Origin: Candidatus Marinacidobacterales bacterium
GTDB lineage: Bacteria > Acidobacteriota > Vicinamibacteria > Marinacidobacterales > DATDRI01
Reading direction: 5' to 3'
Length of the DNA stretch: 64,000 nt
NCBI GenBank assembly: GCA_965219415.1
Contig: OZ244742.1
Coordinates: 1,568,001 to 1,632,000 of the forward strand
A program made the position numbers and the translations under genes. Below, piece after piece: positions 50,816 through 60,616 of the stretch (positions are counted from its first letter, which is position 1; the number at the start of each line of letters is the position of its first letter). The notes beneath the pieces are model-generated. The model had not been told where the DNA came from, made no database searches, and was given only the letters and a program-made list of their open reading frames with translations.

Positions 50816-51628
50816 TCAGACATCATCGGCGAGCGGCTCCTGGAAGATCTCCCGATCTTCCAAACGGACCGCGGTCAACGCTCCGCCCCACACGCAACCG
50901 GTATCGATCGCCATCAGACTACTGTCCAACCGTAAGCCCAATGCCGCCCAGTGTCCGCAGACGACGGTGCCCGATCGGCGAGATCCCGCAGGCAATTCGA
51001 ACCAAGGAACGCAGCCTGCGGGGGCCGCGCCGGGGGGACCGCTGAAGTCCATGCACATGCGCCCGCCCTTGGTGCAGGTTCGCATGCGGGTCAGGGCGTT
51101 GGTAATGACTCGGAGACGTGCCGGACCGGAAAGGCTCTCGTCCCACGAAAGAGAGTCTCTGCCTTCGAACATAGCCTTCAAAACGCCAACTCGGCCTTCG
51201 CTGCGGAGCGCGGCTTCTACTTCTCCTGCCAGCTTCCGCGCTTGGACCACGCTCCATGCCGGCAGCAGTCCCGCATGCACCAAAACGAACGACTCCTCCA
51301 CATGGATCAGGGGGCGACAGGCCAGCCAGTCCAACAGTTCCTCGCGATCAGACGCCGCCAGAATTTCGTCCAGTGTGTCGCGAGGCTTGGCTTTCCTCAC
51401 GCCGGCGGCGACGGCGAGGAGATTCAGATCGTGGTTACCCAAGACCGAGGTCAGCCGATCCCCAAACGAGTGGGCCCAACGCAGGACATCGAGCGAGCGG
51501 GGTCCTCGATTTACGAGGTCTCCAACCAACCAAACACGATCCTTCCCTGGGTCGAAGCCAACTCGCTCGAGCAGCCGGGTCAGGGTTTCGAAGCAGCCCT
51601 GTATGTCACCGATCGCGTACGTCGCCAT
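50816..51628 (-). CDS. apaH: Symmetrical diadenosine tetraphosphatase
   Basis: MATYAIGDIQGC, GDLVNRGPRS, LGNHD, VHAG, LTRMR, GHWAALG, DTGCVWGG. Confidence 0.93.
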   Translation of the reverse strand: MATYAIGDIQGCFETLTRLLERVGFDPGKDRVWLVGDLVNRGPRSLDVLRWAHSFGDRLTSVLGNHDLNLLAVAAGVRKAKPRDTLDEILAASDREELLDWLACRPLIHVEESFVLVHAGLLPAWSVVQARKLAGEVEAALRSEGRVGVLKAMFEGRDSLSWDESLSGPARLRVITNALTRMRTCTKGGRMCMDFSGPPGAAPAGCVPWFELPAGSRRSGTVVCGHWAALGLRLDSSLMAIDTGCVWGGALTAVRLEDREIFQEPLADDV

Positions 51629-51664
51629 TTGTCGCTACAATTCTAATCGAACGTCGAGCCGGCT

Positions 51665-53164
51665 ATGAGTGGCAAAGAGAAGTCCGACATGTACGGCGCC
51701 GTCGATTTGGGATCGAACAGCTTCCACATGTTCGTGGTCCGCGTCGCTCAGAACGACGTACACATCCTCGACCGGCTCCGGGAGAGAGTGCGGCTGGCGG
51801 CTGGCTTGGACTCGAACAATCATCTCACCGAGGACGCCGAGGCCCGTGCGCTCCTTTCGCTCGAGCGCATCGGGGAACGTCTTCGCGATCTTCCTCCTCA
51901 TCAAGTGCGCGCAGTGGGAACGAATACCCTACGTCGCGCCCACGACTCCGCAGCGTTCCTCCGCCGCGCCTCGAAAGCGCTGGGACACCGGATCGAGGTG
52001 ATATCCGGACTCGAAGAAGCGCGCCTCATCTATCTCGGCGTCTCACACACGCTGCCCGACTCCCCCCAGCGCCGATTGGTGATCGATATCGGTGGCGGCA
52101 GCACCGAGTGCATCGTGGGCGAACGCTTCGAGCCACTCGAGGTAGCGAGCCTATACATGGGCTGCGTTTCCTATAGCATGAAATTCTTTCCGCGCGGCGA
52201 GATAAATGAAAAGAACATGTTGCGAGCTGAGACCGCGGCACGTGTCGAGCTAGAAACCATTGAGCGGAAGCTGAGAGACCTCGGATGGGATATGGCCTTC
52301 GGATCTTCGGGCACTGTCTTCGCTATCGAGGAAATCCTTCGGCAAAACGAGTGGAGCGACCACGGCATTACTCGCAAGGGACTCCGGAAGCTTCGCAAGG
52401 CTTTGTACCGAGCAGGCAACACGGAAGAGTTGGCGCTTCCGGGTCTCAAAGCAGACCGCGCGCCGGTACTGCCCGGAGGGCTCGCCATTCTCAACGCGGT
52501 CTTCGACAGCCTCGAGATCGAACAGATGAGTCCGAGTACCGGTGCCTTGCGAGAGGGTATCCTCTACGATCTGCTTGGCCGTATCCGCCACGAAGACGTT
52601 CGTGACCGCACCATCCAGCGGCTCGCCGAACGCTACCACATCGACCGTGCGCAAGCCGCACGCGTCGAGCGCACTGCCCTCAACTGCTTGACTCAAGTAA
52701 CCGACGCATGGGAGCTAGGCGGCGAGGAGTTTCGCCAGGTCCTCGCGTGGACCACCAGGCTCCACGAAGTGGGGCTAACTGTGTCTTATAGCGGCTACCA
52801 AAAGCACGGCGCCTACTTGCTGGGGCATTCCAACCTACCGGGCTTCTCGAATGACGAACAGCAGCTCCTGGCATCCCTGGTAGGGAGTCATCGCCGTAAG
52901 TTATCTCGAGAGCCGTTCGAGGACCTCCGCTCTGTTTCTATCGATCAAGCGCTCCGACTCTGCGTCCTACTTCGACTCGCGGTCCTCGTTAACCGCGGCC
53001 GGAGTCCGCGTCCTATCCCCCGTTTCAAGCTGAAGCCGGAGAAGAACAAGCTCGCCATCACCTTTCCTGACGGCTGGCTCGAGGAGCATCCCCTAGCACA
53101 CGCGGACCTCGAAGAAGAGGCGTCCTTCTTGAAAAAAGTGAGTTTCCAACTCGTGGTAAGCTGA
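51665..53164 (+). CDS. ppx: Exopolyphosphatase Ppx/GppA with HD-like C-terminal domain
   Basis: AVDLGSNSFHM, ISGLEEARLIYLGV, DIGGGSTE, GALREG, LHEVG..HGAYLL. Confidence 0.92.
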   Translation: MSGKEKSDMYGAVDLGSNSFHMFVVRVAQNDVHILDRLRERVRLAAGLDSNNHLTEDAEARALLSLERIGERLRDLPPHQVRAVGTNTLRRAHDSAAFLRRASKALGHRIEVISGLEEARLIYLGVSHTLPDSPQRRLVIDIGGGSTECIVGERFEPLEVASLYMGCVSYSMKFFPRGEINEKNMLRAETAARVELETIERKLRDLGWDMAFGSSGTVFAIEEILRQNEWSDHGITRKGLRKLRKALYRAGNTEELALPGLKADRAPVLPGGLAILNAVFDSLEIEQMSPSTGALREGILYDLLGRIRHEDVRDRTIQRLAERYHIDRAQAARVERTALNCLTQVTDAWELGGEEFRQVLAWTTRLHEVGLTVSYSGYQKHGAYLLGHSNLPGFSNDEQQLLASLVGSHRRKLSREPFEDLRSVSIDQALRLCVLLRLAVLVNRGRSPRPIPRFKLKPEKNKLAITFPDGWLEEHPLAHADLEEEASFLKKVSFQLVVS

Positions 53165-53196
53165 ATCCCCGCTTCACGCCAAGGACGACCGCTTTC

Positions 53197-54682
53197 ATGT
53201 TGGAGAAGGTAAACCTATCCCAGAAAACCTCCAAAGACGACTACCGCAACAAGATCTCGGAGTTGGAAAAAGAGCTCGGTAGCCTGCTGAGGCGGGCGAA
53301 GGAGCTCAAGATTCCCCTGGCCATCGCGTTCGAGGGCTGGGGAGCGGCCGGCAAAGGCACAGTCCATCAACCGCCTCATCCTGTCGATGGATCCGAGACA
53401 ATTCAGCGTTCACCTCACGAGGGCGCCGAATGAGGAGGAACGGTCTCGGCCTTTTCTATGGCGGTTTTGGATCAAAACACCGGAGCGAGGAAGAACGGCT
53501 GTCTTCGATCGATGTTGGTATCGCCGGGTTCTCTCGGAGCGCATCGACAGGGTCGTCAAGAAGCCCGTATGGTCCAGAGCGTACGGCGAAATCAACTCCT
53601 TCGAACGACAACTGGTCGACGGTGACACGGTTATCATCAAATTCTTTTTTCACATCAGCAAGAAGGAACAAAGGAAGCGTTTCGCGAAACTTCGGCGCAA
53701 TTCGATCACCGCGCTCAGGGTCACCAAGGAGTACCGAAAACAACACAAGCATTACGGAAAGTATCTGCAAGCGACGGAAGACATGCTAGCCAAGACCGAC
53801 ACTGCAGTCGCTCCCTGGACGCTCGTGCCCGCGCACGATCGCAGGTTCGCCACTATCAAAGTATTTCGAACCGTCATCGGCTTTCTCGAGCAGAAGATCA
53901 AAGCCATCTAAGAAAAGTCACCCCCGGCGGATGCCGGTTACTTTCAATTGCCGAGCCCTACGTCCTCCGTTCTCGACGAGGCCGACTTGAGCCTGTCCCT
54001 CACCCGGACTGAGTACGAGAAAGAGCTGAAGCGCTGCAAACATCGACTCGTCGAGGCCGAGTATCGAGCCTACGCCAAGAAAATCCCGGTGGTGATCGCC
54101 TATGAAGGCTGGGACGCAAGCGGAAAAGGGGGAGAACATCAGGCGGCTCGCACAGGCGATGGATCCGCGAGGCTATGAAGTGATCCCCGTTGCCGCTCCC
54201 ACCGGGGAAGAAAAATCCCATCCTTACTTGTGGCGTTTCTGGAAGCGATTCCCTAGGGCCGGGCACATCGCCATCTTCGATCGCTCGTGGTACGGACGTG
54301 TCTTGGTTGAACGCGTGGAGGGCTTCGCCACACCGAACGAATGGAAGAGGGCCTACAACGAGATCAATGAGATGGAGGAGCAATGGGTCCACTTCGGCTC
54401 GGTTTTGGTCAAGTTCTGGATGCACATCGACCAGGATGAGCAGCTAAGAAGGTTCCGGGAACGCCAGGAAAATCCCTTCAAGAAATGGAAGATCACCGAC
54501 GAAGATTGGCGAAACCGAGAGAAGTGGCCTGCCTACAAGCCTACAAGTCTGCGGTGGACGAAATGCCCCGCCGCACGAGCACCACCTACGCGCCCTGGAC
54601 GGTCGTCGAGGGAAACAACAAATTACACGCTCGAATCAAGGCGCTCCGAACGGTACAAGCTGCCATTGAAGACCGTCTCTAG
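53197..54682 (+). pseudogene. ppk2: Two-domain PPK2 (polyP:AMP phosphotransferase type) with at least four lesions
   Basis: FEGWGAAGKG and YEGWDASGKG, MDPR, LWRFW, FDRxWY twice; frameshift ~53365, in-frame TAA 53909, frameshift ~54130, 8-bp duplication 54531-54546. Confidence 0.88.
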
Positions 54683-54704
54683 CAAGCTAGACGCAATATA
54701 TATC

Positions 54705-55094
54705 ATGAAACACTTTTGGGCCTCGGGAGCGCTGAGCGCGCGCGAGGTTCATGAGCGTCTCCGACCCACCACCGAATGGGCTTACTCGACCACGCGCACC
54801 ACGCTCGATCGCATGGTGAAAAAGCGCCTGCTGACGAAGAACGATTTTCACGGCATCAACCTCTATGAGGCTCGGATCACGAAGCCGGTCGGGATCGCCC
54901 AGCTCGTCCGAGACTTCGCGGATCGGGTTCTCGAAGTGGAGTCAGCCACCGTGGTGTCGCTGTTTGCGAAAAGTGAGTCCCTCACCGAGGAAGAAATGAA
55001 GGAATTGTCCGCAGCCTACTGGCAGGAAATCAGGTTTCCGTCGTGGACGGGGCCCTGCCGGTCTGGGAGGCGAACCACACGATTCACTCGGTGA
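54705..55094 (+). CDS. BlaI/MecI/CopY-family repressor (termini possibly damaged)
   Basis: MKHFW..SAREVHE..WAYSTTRTTLDRMVKK..LTEEEMKEL. Confidence 0.75.
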   Translation: MKHFWASGALSAREVHERLRPTTEWAYSTTRTTLDRMVKKRLLTKNDFHGINLYEARITKPVGIAQLVRDFADRVLEVESATVVSLFAKSESLTEEEMKELSAAYWQEIRFPSWTGPCRSGRRTTRFTR

Positions 55095-55184
55095 CTTCTC
55101 TTCCAGATCGGTATCTCACGGTTTCTTGGCGCACCGTCGTTCAAGAGGAGGTTCTCGATGCGAATCCGACACATTATGAACGAT

Positions 55185-56568
55185 GGGTTTACGCGGATTC
55201 GTGTGGGTAAGTTCTGACGGAAAAACAGTGTAACTCATTGTGTGGAAAAGGTATCGAGTACTTCATCAGGTGCTGAAAAGTGGTCCATTTTTAGGATAGG
55301 CTAACCGAGTGAAAAATTCCCAGTCGATCCGCTCGCTGTTTGCGCTGCCAGGTTTCGTGGTTGGTGCCGGATTGAAGGGTCTATTCGGTGACCGATACGC
55401 CCGTGTCATCCAGCTCAAGAGGCGAAAAAAACAGCTGTGTGCTCTTACTGTGGGCAACGGTGCCGGGGGCGCTATGACAAGCAAGTGTGCCGGGTCCGCG
55501 ACCTGTCGTTGGCAGGCTGGCGGATCTATCTGGAATACGAGCGTTGGCGCGTCAACTGTTCTGGGTGCGGCGGTGTGCATGTAGAACACCTAGACTGGCT
55601 GGCGAACAACTCGCGCTACACCCAGCGTTTTGCGACGCATGTGGGCAAGCTGTGCCGGGATATGCCGAACAAGGCGGTGGCCGAGATGGAACGTCTGCAC
55701 CACGGTACGGTGAAGGCTCTGGATACGCTCTACATGCAAGAGCAGGTCGACCGGGCGGGGCTACCGGCGCCTCGGGCCATCGGTGTCGATGAGATCTCCA
55801 TCCGCAAGGGACATAACTATCGCGTCATTGTCAGCGACCTGGAGCGGGCGCGTCCCATCTGGGTGGGCGGTGAGGGTCGCAAAGAAACCGACATCGATTT
55901 GTTCTTCAAGGCGCCGGGCGGAAAGAAAAGCGCCCGTATCAAGCTGGCCGCCATGGATATGTGGAAGCCCTTCCGGAACTCGGTGATTCACAACGCGCCT
56001 AATGCGCGGATCATCTCCGACAAGTTTCATATCATGCGTCATCTGTCAAAGGCCCTCGATGAGGTCCGGCGCGGTGAGTACAAACGCCTCAGCGGCAAGG
56101 ACCGGTCGTACATCAAGGGGCAGCGTTACACTTTGCTTTCCCGGCGGGAGAACCTGAGCCTAGACGGTCGCCGCGCACTCAAAAAGTTGCTCCAGGCCAA
56201 CCGGCGCCTGAACACCGCCTATATTTTGAAGGAGGCCTTCGGGCAACTCTGGGGTTACCGCACCGAACGCGGCGCTCGCGCCTTTTTCACTCGTTGGAAA
56301 GACAGCCTCAAATGGCAACGCCTGCATCCGTACCAGAAGTTCGCCGGTATGATTGAGTCCCATTGGGACGGTATCGCCTCCTACTGTCATCCGGAGAACA
56401 AAGTCAGTCTCGGCCTAGTTGAAGGGGTCAACAACAAAATCCGTGTTCTGCAACGACGCGCCTACGGCTATCGCGACGAGGAATATCTCAAGCTGAAGAT
56501 CGTGGCGGCTTTCCTTCCGCCATTACCCAGAAATGCAGTTTTCAACCCACACGAATCCGCGTAGACCC
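55185..56568 (+). mobile_element. ISL3-family insertion sequence (1384 bp)
   Basis: 24-bp IRs GGGTTTACGCGGATTCGTGTGGGT / GGGTCTACGCGGATTCGTGTGGGT (1 mismatch); 8-bp TSD TGAACGAT at 55177-55184 and 56569-56576. Confidence 0.95.
55309..56564 (+). CDS. ISL3 transposase, two ORFs joined by a -1 shift at A7 (55425-55431)
   Basis: CSYC..RVRDL..CSGC zinc finger, IGVDEISIRKGH, MDMWKPF, DKFHI, VEGVNNKIR..AYGYRD. Confidence 0.9.
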
Positions 56569-57111
56569 TGAACGATAAATCCTGGCAGGGTCCACGACCC
56601 CTTCTATCAGTAACCCTCGCACTGGCACTGGCCTCGCTGCTGTTGCCCATGGCCGATAGCGGCGCACGCGAACTGCGAGTCGAAAGCGCTAGGCTCCAAT
56701 CTCCTCAAATGACTCACCCCCTCTGCGAAGGAAAGTTGACCTCCGGCTTTGGATCCAGAAAGGATCCTTTTAGTGGTCAAGTTGTAGACCACCCGGGCAT
56801 CGACATCGCCGCACGAGCGGGCGCCGACGTATTGGCACCGGCCGACGGCACGGTAGAGATCGCGGCGGCGAAGTACAGCGGTGGGGCCCGCCTTGGGACG
56901 GTCATCATCATCGATCATGGCAACGGGCTCAAAACGTTCTACGCCCATCTAGGGAGCCTCACGGTGGAGCCCGGTCAGAACGTGCGCGGTCAAGAACCCA
57001 TTGCGAAGGTCGGGTCGACCGGAGAGTCCACCGGCCCCCACCTTCACTTCGAGATTTGGGAGCGTGGCAACCCGGTTGACCCGCTACGATTCGTCGCTCG
57101 ATAGCAGAGAT

Positions 57112-57882
57112 TCAATCCGAGAAGCTGACCAGCACGGGGGCGTGATCGGAGGGTTGCTTTCCCTTGCGCTCTTGACGGTCGACCTCGGCCGCTTGGGAGC
57201 GACCCGCCAGTTCGTCGGTGACGAAGACATGGTCGAGTCTCAGCCCGTCGTTCTTCGGAAAACCGAGCTGCCGATAATCCCACCAGGAATAGAGGCCGTC
57301 CTCGGTGCGTCGCAGTCGGAAGGCGTCCACCAGCCCCCATTCGCACACCGCTCGGAGTGCCTCTCGCCCCCCCTCGTGACACAAAACGCTACTGCGCCAT
57401 TTGTCGGGGTTGGCCACGTCGCGATCTTCGGGGGCCACGTTGAAATCTCCGCAAAGCGCCAGGGGCTCGGAGGGGTTGTAATTCGCGTCTAAGTAGGACC
57501 GCAATCGACGCATCCAATCGAGCTTGTAGTCCCACTTGTCGGATCCGACGACCGAACCGTTGGGCACGTAGACCGAAACGACCCGTACGCCATCCACAAC
57601 GGCGGAAACGAAACGAGCTTGAGGATCTTGGACCCCATCTTCGAAAGATTTCCGGACGTCCTGCGGCTCGGAACGGCTAACAATGGCGACACCGTTATAG
57701 GTCCGCTGTCCTTGCACCGCGGCGAAGTAGCCGGCCTCTCGCACCGGCTCGAAGGGAAACTGCTCCTCGACGGCCTTCAGTTCTTGCAGGCATAGGACGT
57801 CGGGCTGGTGTCTTTCCAACACTCCGAGCAGCCGATCCAGCCGGATGCGAATCGAATTCACGTTCCAAGTTGCGATCTTCAT
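57112..57882 (-). CDS. xth: Exodeoxyribonuclease III
   Basis: MKIATWNVNSIR, LQELK, YNGVAI, YVPNG, GDFNVAP, YSWWDYR, RLDH, SDHAPV. Confidence 0.95.
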   Translation of the reverse strand: MKIATWNVNSIRIRLDRLLGVLERHQPDVLCLQELKAVEEQFPFEPVREAGYFAAVQGQRTYNGVAIVSRSEPQDVRKSFEDGVQDPQARFVSAVVDGVRVVSVYVPNGSVVGSDKWDYKLDWMRRLRSYLDANYNPSEPLALCGDFNVAPEDRDVANPDKWRSSVLCHEGGREALRAVCEWGLVDAFRLRRTEDGLYSWWDYRQLGFPKNDGLRLDHVFVTDELAGRSQAAEVDRQERKGKQPSDHAPVLVSFSD

Positions 57883-57918
57883 TTGGTAAGGAAACAGCGG
57901 CTTGCTAGACTCGACGCG

Positions 57919-58566
57919 ATGCTAACCCAAACGATCCTCGCATCGTTGTCCGCGGCTGCATTGGTCCTGGTTCCGGGTGAGCCTCCCGAACGAGGCTTCG
58001 AGAACGGTGTGTTCACATCGGAGCGGCTCCCCCGAATTCGGATGAGGGTAGACCCGGCTTTCGCATACATCGGAAATGTCACCTTCGAGCTCAAGAACAT
58101 TGCTCTGGTCGATCGACACGTATTCGTCGACGCTGACGGTGAGCGCATTAACCGAATGATCGTGCTCCAGTTCGAGGGTTTCCTCGATGACAATGACCAT
58201 ACGTACGTCTGGGACATCACCAACCCGATCTCTCTCGGAGAACATGAGTACAAACACAACACGTTCTTCTTCGACACCTCCAAGGCCATGGAGGAAAATC
58301 CCGGCGCCGAGACGGACCACACGGTGGACTTTCTCGAACGGGAAGGGTACCAGTTAGCGAGCGAGCAAATGGTTTCACGTTTCGCCCGAGTCGTCGATGC
58401 TGCACGACGCCACGAGCTAATCATCTTCTATCACGAAAACGTCCGGGACTCGGGACATTCTCTCGGCGAAATCTCCGAGGATGGCGGGGTCCTACCTCAA
58501 CACGCCGCTATCGCCGAGGCTTTGACCGAACGGTCTCTCAGCAGCCTTTCCGTGTTAGACGACTAA
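57919..58566 (+). CDS. Hypothetical secreted protein
   Basis: Signal-like N-terminus, protein-like composition, divergent from xth. Confidence 0.6.
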   Translation: MLTQTILASLSAAALVLVPGEPPERGFENGVFTSERLPRIRMRVDPAFAYIGNVTFELKNIALVDRHVFVDADGERINRMIVLQFEGFLDDNDHTYVWDITNPISLGEHEYKHNTFFFDTSKAMEENPGAETDHTVDFLEREGYQLASEQMVSRFARVVDAARRHELIIFYHENVRDSGHSLGEISEDGGVLPQHAAIAEALTERSLSSLSVLDD

Positions 58567-58962
58567 GCCCCCGACAGGCTAGCCGCTCAATGGGTTCGTT
58601 CGCTCCGCCGTCGAAGCCAAGCGTCTGATCTCAATCCGACGATCCCAGAGACGCCGCCGGGTAAAAGGATGCAATTCTTACACTCCTAGCAAGAATGGGA
58701 ACGCGGTTCCAACGCCCTCCGGGCCCGAAGGGGCTGAAACTCCGCGCCGCAGCTTGCCGGTAACCAAACCATTCGGATAGGCGCCTAAACCTCGCGGATA
58801 GCCTGTCATCATTGAAGCAAAAGGTGCCGCCATCGCTGGACACCGTAAGCTGCCACACTTCAACGCTTAGCGCCTTCCCACCACGGCGCTTGCTGACCCG
58901 GCCCCTTGGCACGGACGTTGCACAACTTCGCAGTGGAAACTATCGACGGAAGGGGTCTTGCC

Positions 58963-59223
58963 ATGCACCAAGGACGGACGCTCCCACCTGCGCAACAACT
59001 CCCCTGTCCGAACTGTTTGAGCTACGCCCTCGAGTTCAAATCACGCTCCGTTCCCGGTTACTCGGAAAGTGTCCGCGTGGCTCGATGCGAAGGCTGCGGC
59101 TACCCCCTGCTGTTCGACGGTCCACTCGAACAGCGCATGAGAAGGGCGAGAGTCTCTGGAAATGGGCCGCTGCCCTCTCTGCGGTTCCCCAGACACGAAG
59201 CCGGGCGTTTTTTCTCAAGCTAG
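58963..59223 (+). CDS. Small protein with two CxxC motifs (possible zinc ribbon)
   Basis: RBS-like GGAAGGGG; CPNC and CEGC. Confidence 0.35.
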   Translation: MHQGRTLPPAQQLPCPNCLSYALEFKSRSVPGYSESVRVARCEGCGYPLLFDGPLEQRMRRARVSGNGPLPSLRFPRHEAGRFFSS

Positions 59224-59376
59224 GTCGCAACAATCTCTCCTGTTAGGTCAGTGCCACACCTGCCGACGGCAGTTTGCTCCGGGGACGGCGGCCTAGCTCG
59301 GGCCGCCTGCCGACTTCTCTTAAAACACACCAACCTTCGGCGATTATCCACTTTACACAACCAAGCAAAGGGTATA

Positions 59377-59541
59377 TCATGACCTCATGAAATCAGGAAC
59401 GCCTTTTTTGTCAACGGCTTCCACAGCTTTGTCTAGCTCTTTCTTGAGGCGTTTTCCGAATACCTTTTCTGCTAACTCTGCGTCCGTCATTTGGGTCGCG
59501 GGCTTGCCTTTTCTCTTCTCTTTCTTAGGGGTTTGACTCAT
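59377..59541 (-). CDS. 54-aa Lys-rich small protein inside IS1595, divergent from the transposase
   Basis: MSQTPKKEKRKGKPATQMTDAELAEKVFGKRLKKELDKAV..; AAGGAG upstream; fills the space between the left IR and the transposase. Confidence 0.55.
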   Translation of the reverse strand: MSQTPKKEKRKGKPATQMTDAELAEKVFGKRLKKELDKAVEAVDKKGVPDFMRS

Positions 59542-60424
59542 GGACATCATCTCCTTGTTTGATCGATTCCGTAATGACGACGTATGCAGAAAGCATCTTG
59601 AGAGTTTGCGCTGGCCTGGGGGCGTCGCATGTACCCGCTGCGGAGACATGGCAGTGACTCCGATTAAGAGGCGAGGTCAATGGGACTGCCAAGGGTGTGG
59701 ATACCACTTCAGTGTCAAGTCCGGGACCGTCATGCACGATTCCCATCTTCCCTTGCGTAAGTGGTTTGCTGCCACCTATCTGATGTGCGAATCGAAGAAG
59801 GGGATGTCCGCTCTCCAACTCAAGCGCACTCTCAATGTATCGTACAAAACGGCGTGGTATCTGTGTCACCGCATCCGCGAAGCGATGGGTAACGACAAGT
59901 TCGAAGGCCCAACGCTCTTCGGTGTCGTCGAGGTCGATGAGACCCTGGTCGGCGGGCGTAAGCGTGGCCGTGGCAAAGGCTACCGGGGCAACAAGACTTG
60001 GGTCGCGGGAGCCATCCAGCGCGGCGGTCAAGTCCATCTCGCCCGTATCCCTAACATCAGAAAGCATACCCTCCACAAGTTCGTCGCCAGCACTATCCGG
60101 GACGAGGCCGAGGCCATCTACACGGACGAGCTTCGGTCCTACATCGGCATTGAAGACGACGACACCATCCACCGGACGGTCAACCACTCGGCTGAAGAGT
60201 GGGTTGTCGGAGACGTTCACACCAACAGCATCGAGGGCGTCTGGAGCCTGTTCAAGCGGTCCATCATGGGGGCGTTCCACAAGGTCAGCACCAAGCACCT
60301 CGACCGCTACCTCGAAGAGCTGGAGTGGCGGTTCAACAACCGAAACAACCCGCACATCTTCAACGACACCCTGTACCGGATCCTGACCGCAGACCCTCTC
60401 ACCTATCAGAATCTCGTGGCATGA
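59540..60424 (+). CDS. IS1595-family transposase (intact)
   Basis: RWPGGVACTRC..CQGC zinc ribbon, SYKTAWYLCHRIR, VEVDET, YTDE, VNHS, HTNSIEGVWS, HLDRYLEE. Confidence 0.93.
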   Translation: MDIISLFDRFRNDDVCRKHLESLRWPGGVACTRCGDMAVTPIKRRGQWDCQGCGYHFSVKSGTVMHDSHLPLRKWFAATYLMCESKKGMSALQLKRTLNVSYKTAWYLCHRIREAMGNDKFEGPTLFGVVEVDETLVGGRKRGRGKGYRGNKTWVAGAIQRGGQVHLARIPNIRKHTLHKFVASTIRDEAEAIYTDELRSYIGIEDDDTIHRTVNHSAEEWVVGDVHTNSIEGVWSLFKRSIMGAFHKVSTKHLDRYLEELEWRFNNRNNPHIFNDTLYRILTADPLTYQNLVA

Positions 60425-60616
60425 CATTATAGAATTCCACGCTCTCGCTCATACCAACAGAATTTAGAAGTCAAAACGTCCTTCTTGGTATGCCTTTATA
60501 AGGCGTCGTATGAATTGAAGCGTAAAAACCTACGCGGAACCTACGCGGAACATCCTGCGACGGATTTGCCATCAACCAGAGCATCAGACGCTCTATGAGG
60601 GGATACACGTGAATTC

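Larger units (their letters stand above)
55158..57104 (+). pseudogene. M23 metallopeptidase interrupted by ISL3 (possibly the remnant of a BlaR1/M56-M23 fusion)
   Basis: Removing the IS gives in-frame MRIRHIMND-KSWQG..LLLPMA..; TSGFGSR, HPGIDIAA, YAHL, GSTGESTGPHLHFE. Confidence 0.8.

Noticed and set aside
15654-52176. Long opposite-strand or alternate-frame ORFs (e.g. 15654-16580, 31543-32271, 33945-34673, 50721-51668, 51256-52176)
   Set aside because: They overlap well-supported genes, are Arg/Pro/Ser-rich and lack motifs; typical high-GC shadows
40598-53911. TAA reassignment or readthrough suggested by three in-frame TAA codons
   Set aside because: TAA ends intact genes here (cofD, TIGR04076, cupin, agmatinase), and two of the three genes carry other lesions
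54102-55094. PPK2-BlaI fusion protein (330-aa ORF)
   Set aside because: Created by the 8-bp duplication at 54531; the native PPK2 end (IEDRL*) is in another frame
59525-60427. 300-aa antisense ORF across the IS1595 transposase
   Set aside because: Shadow ORF expected from GC-rich codon bias; no recognisable motifs
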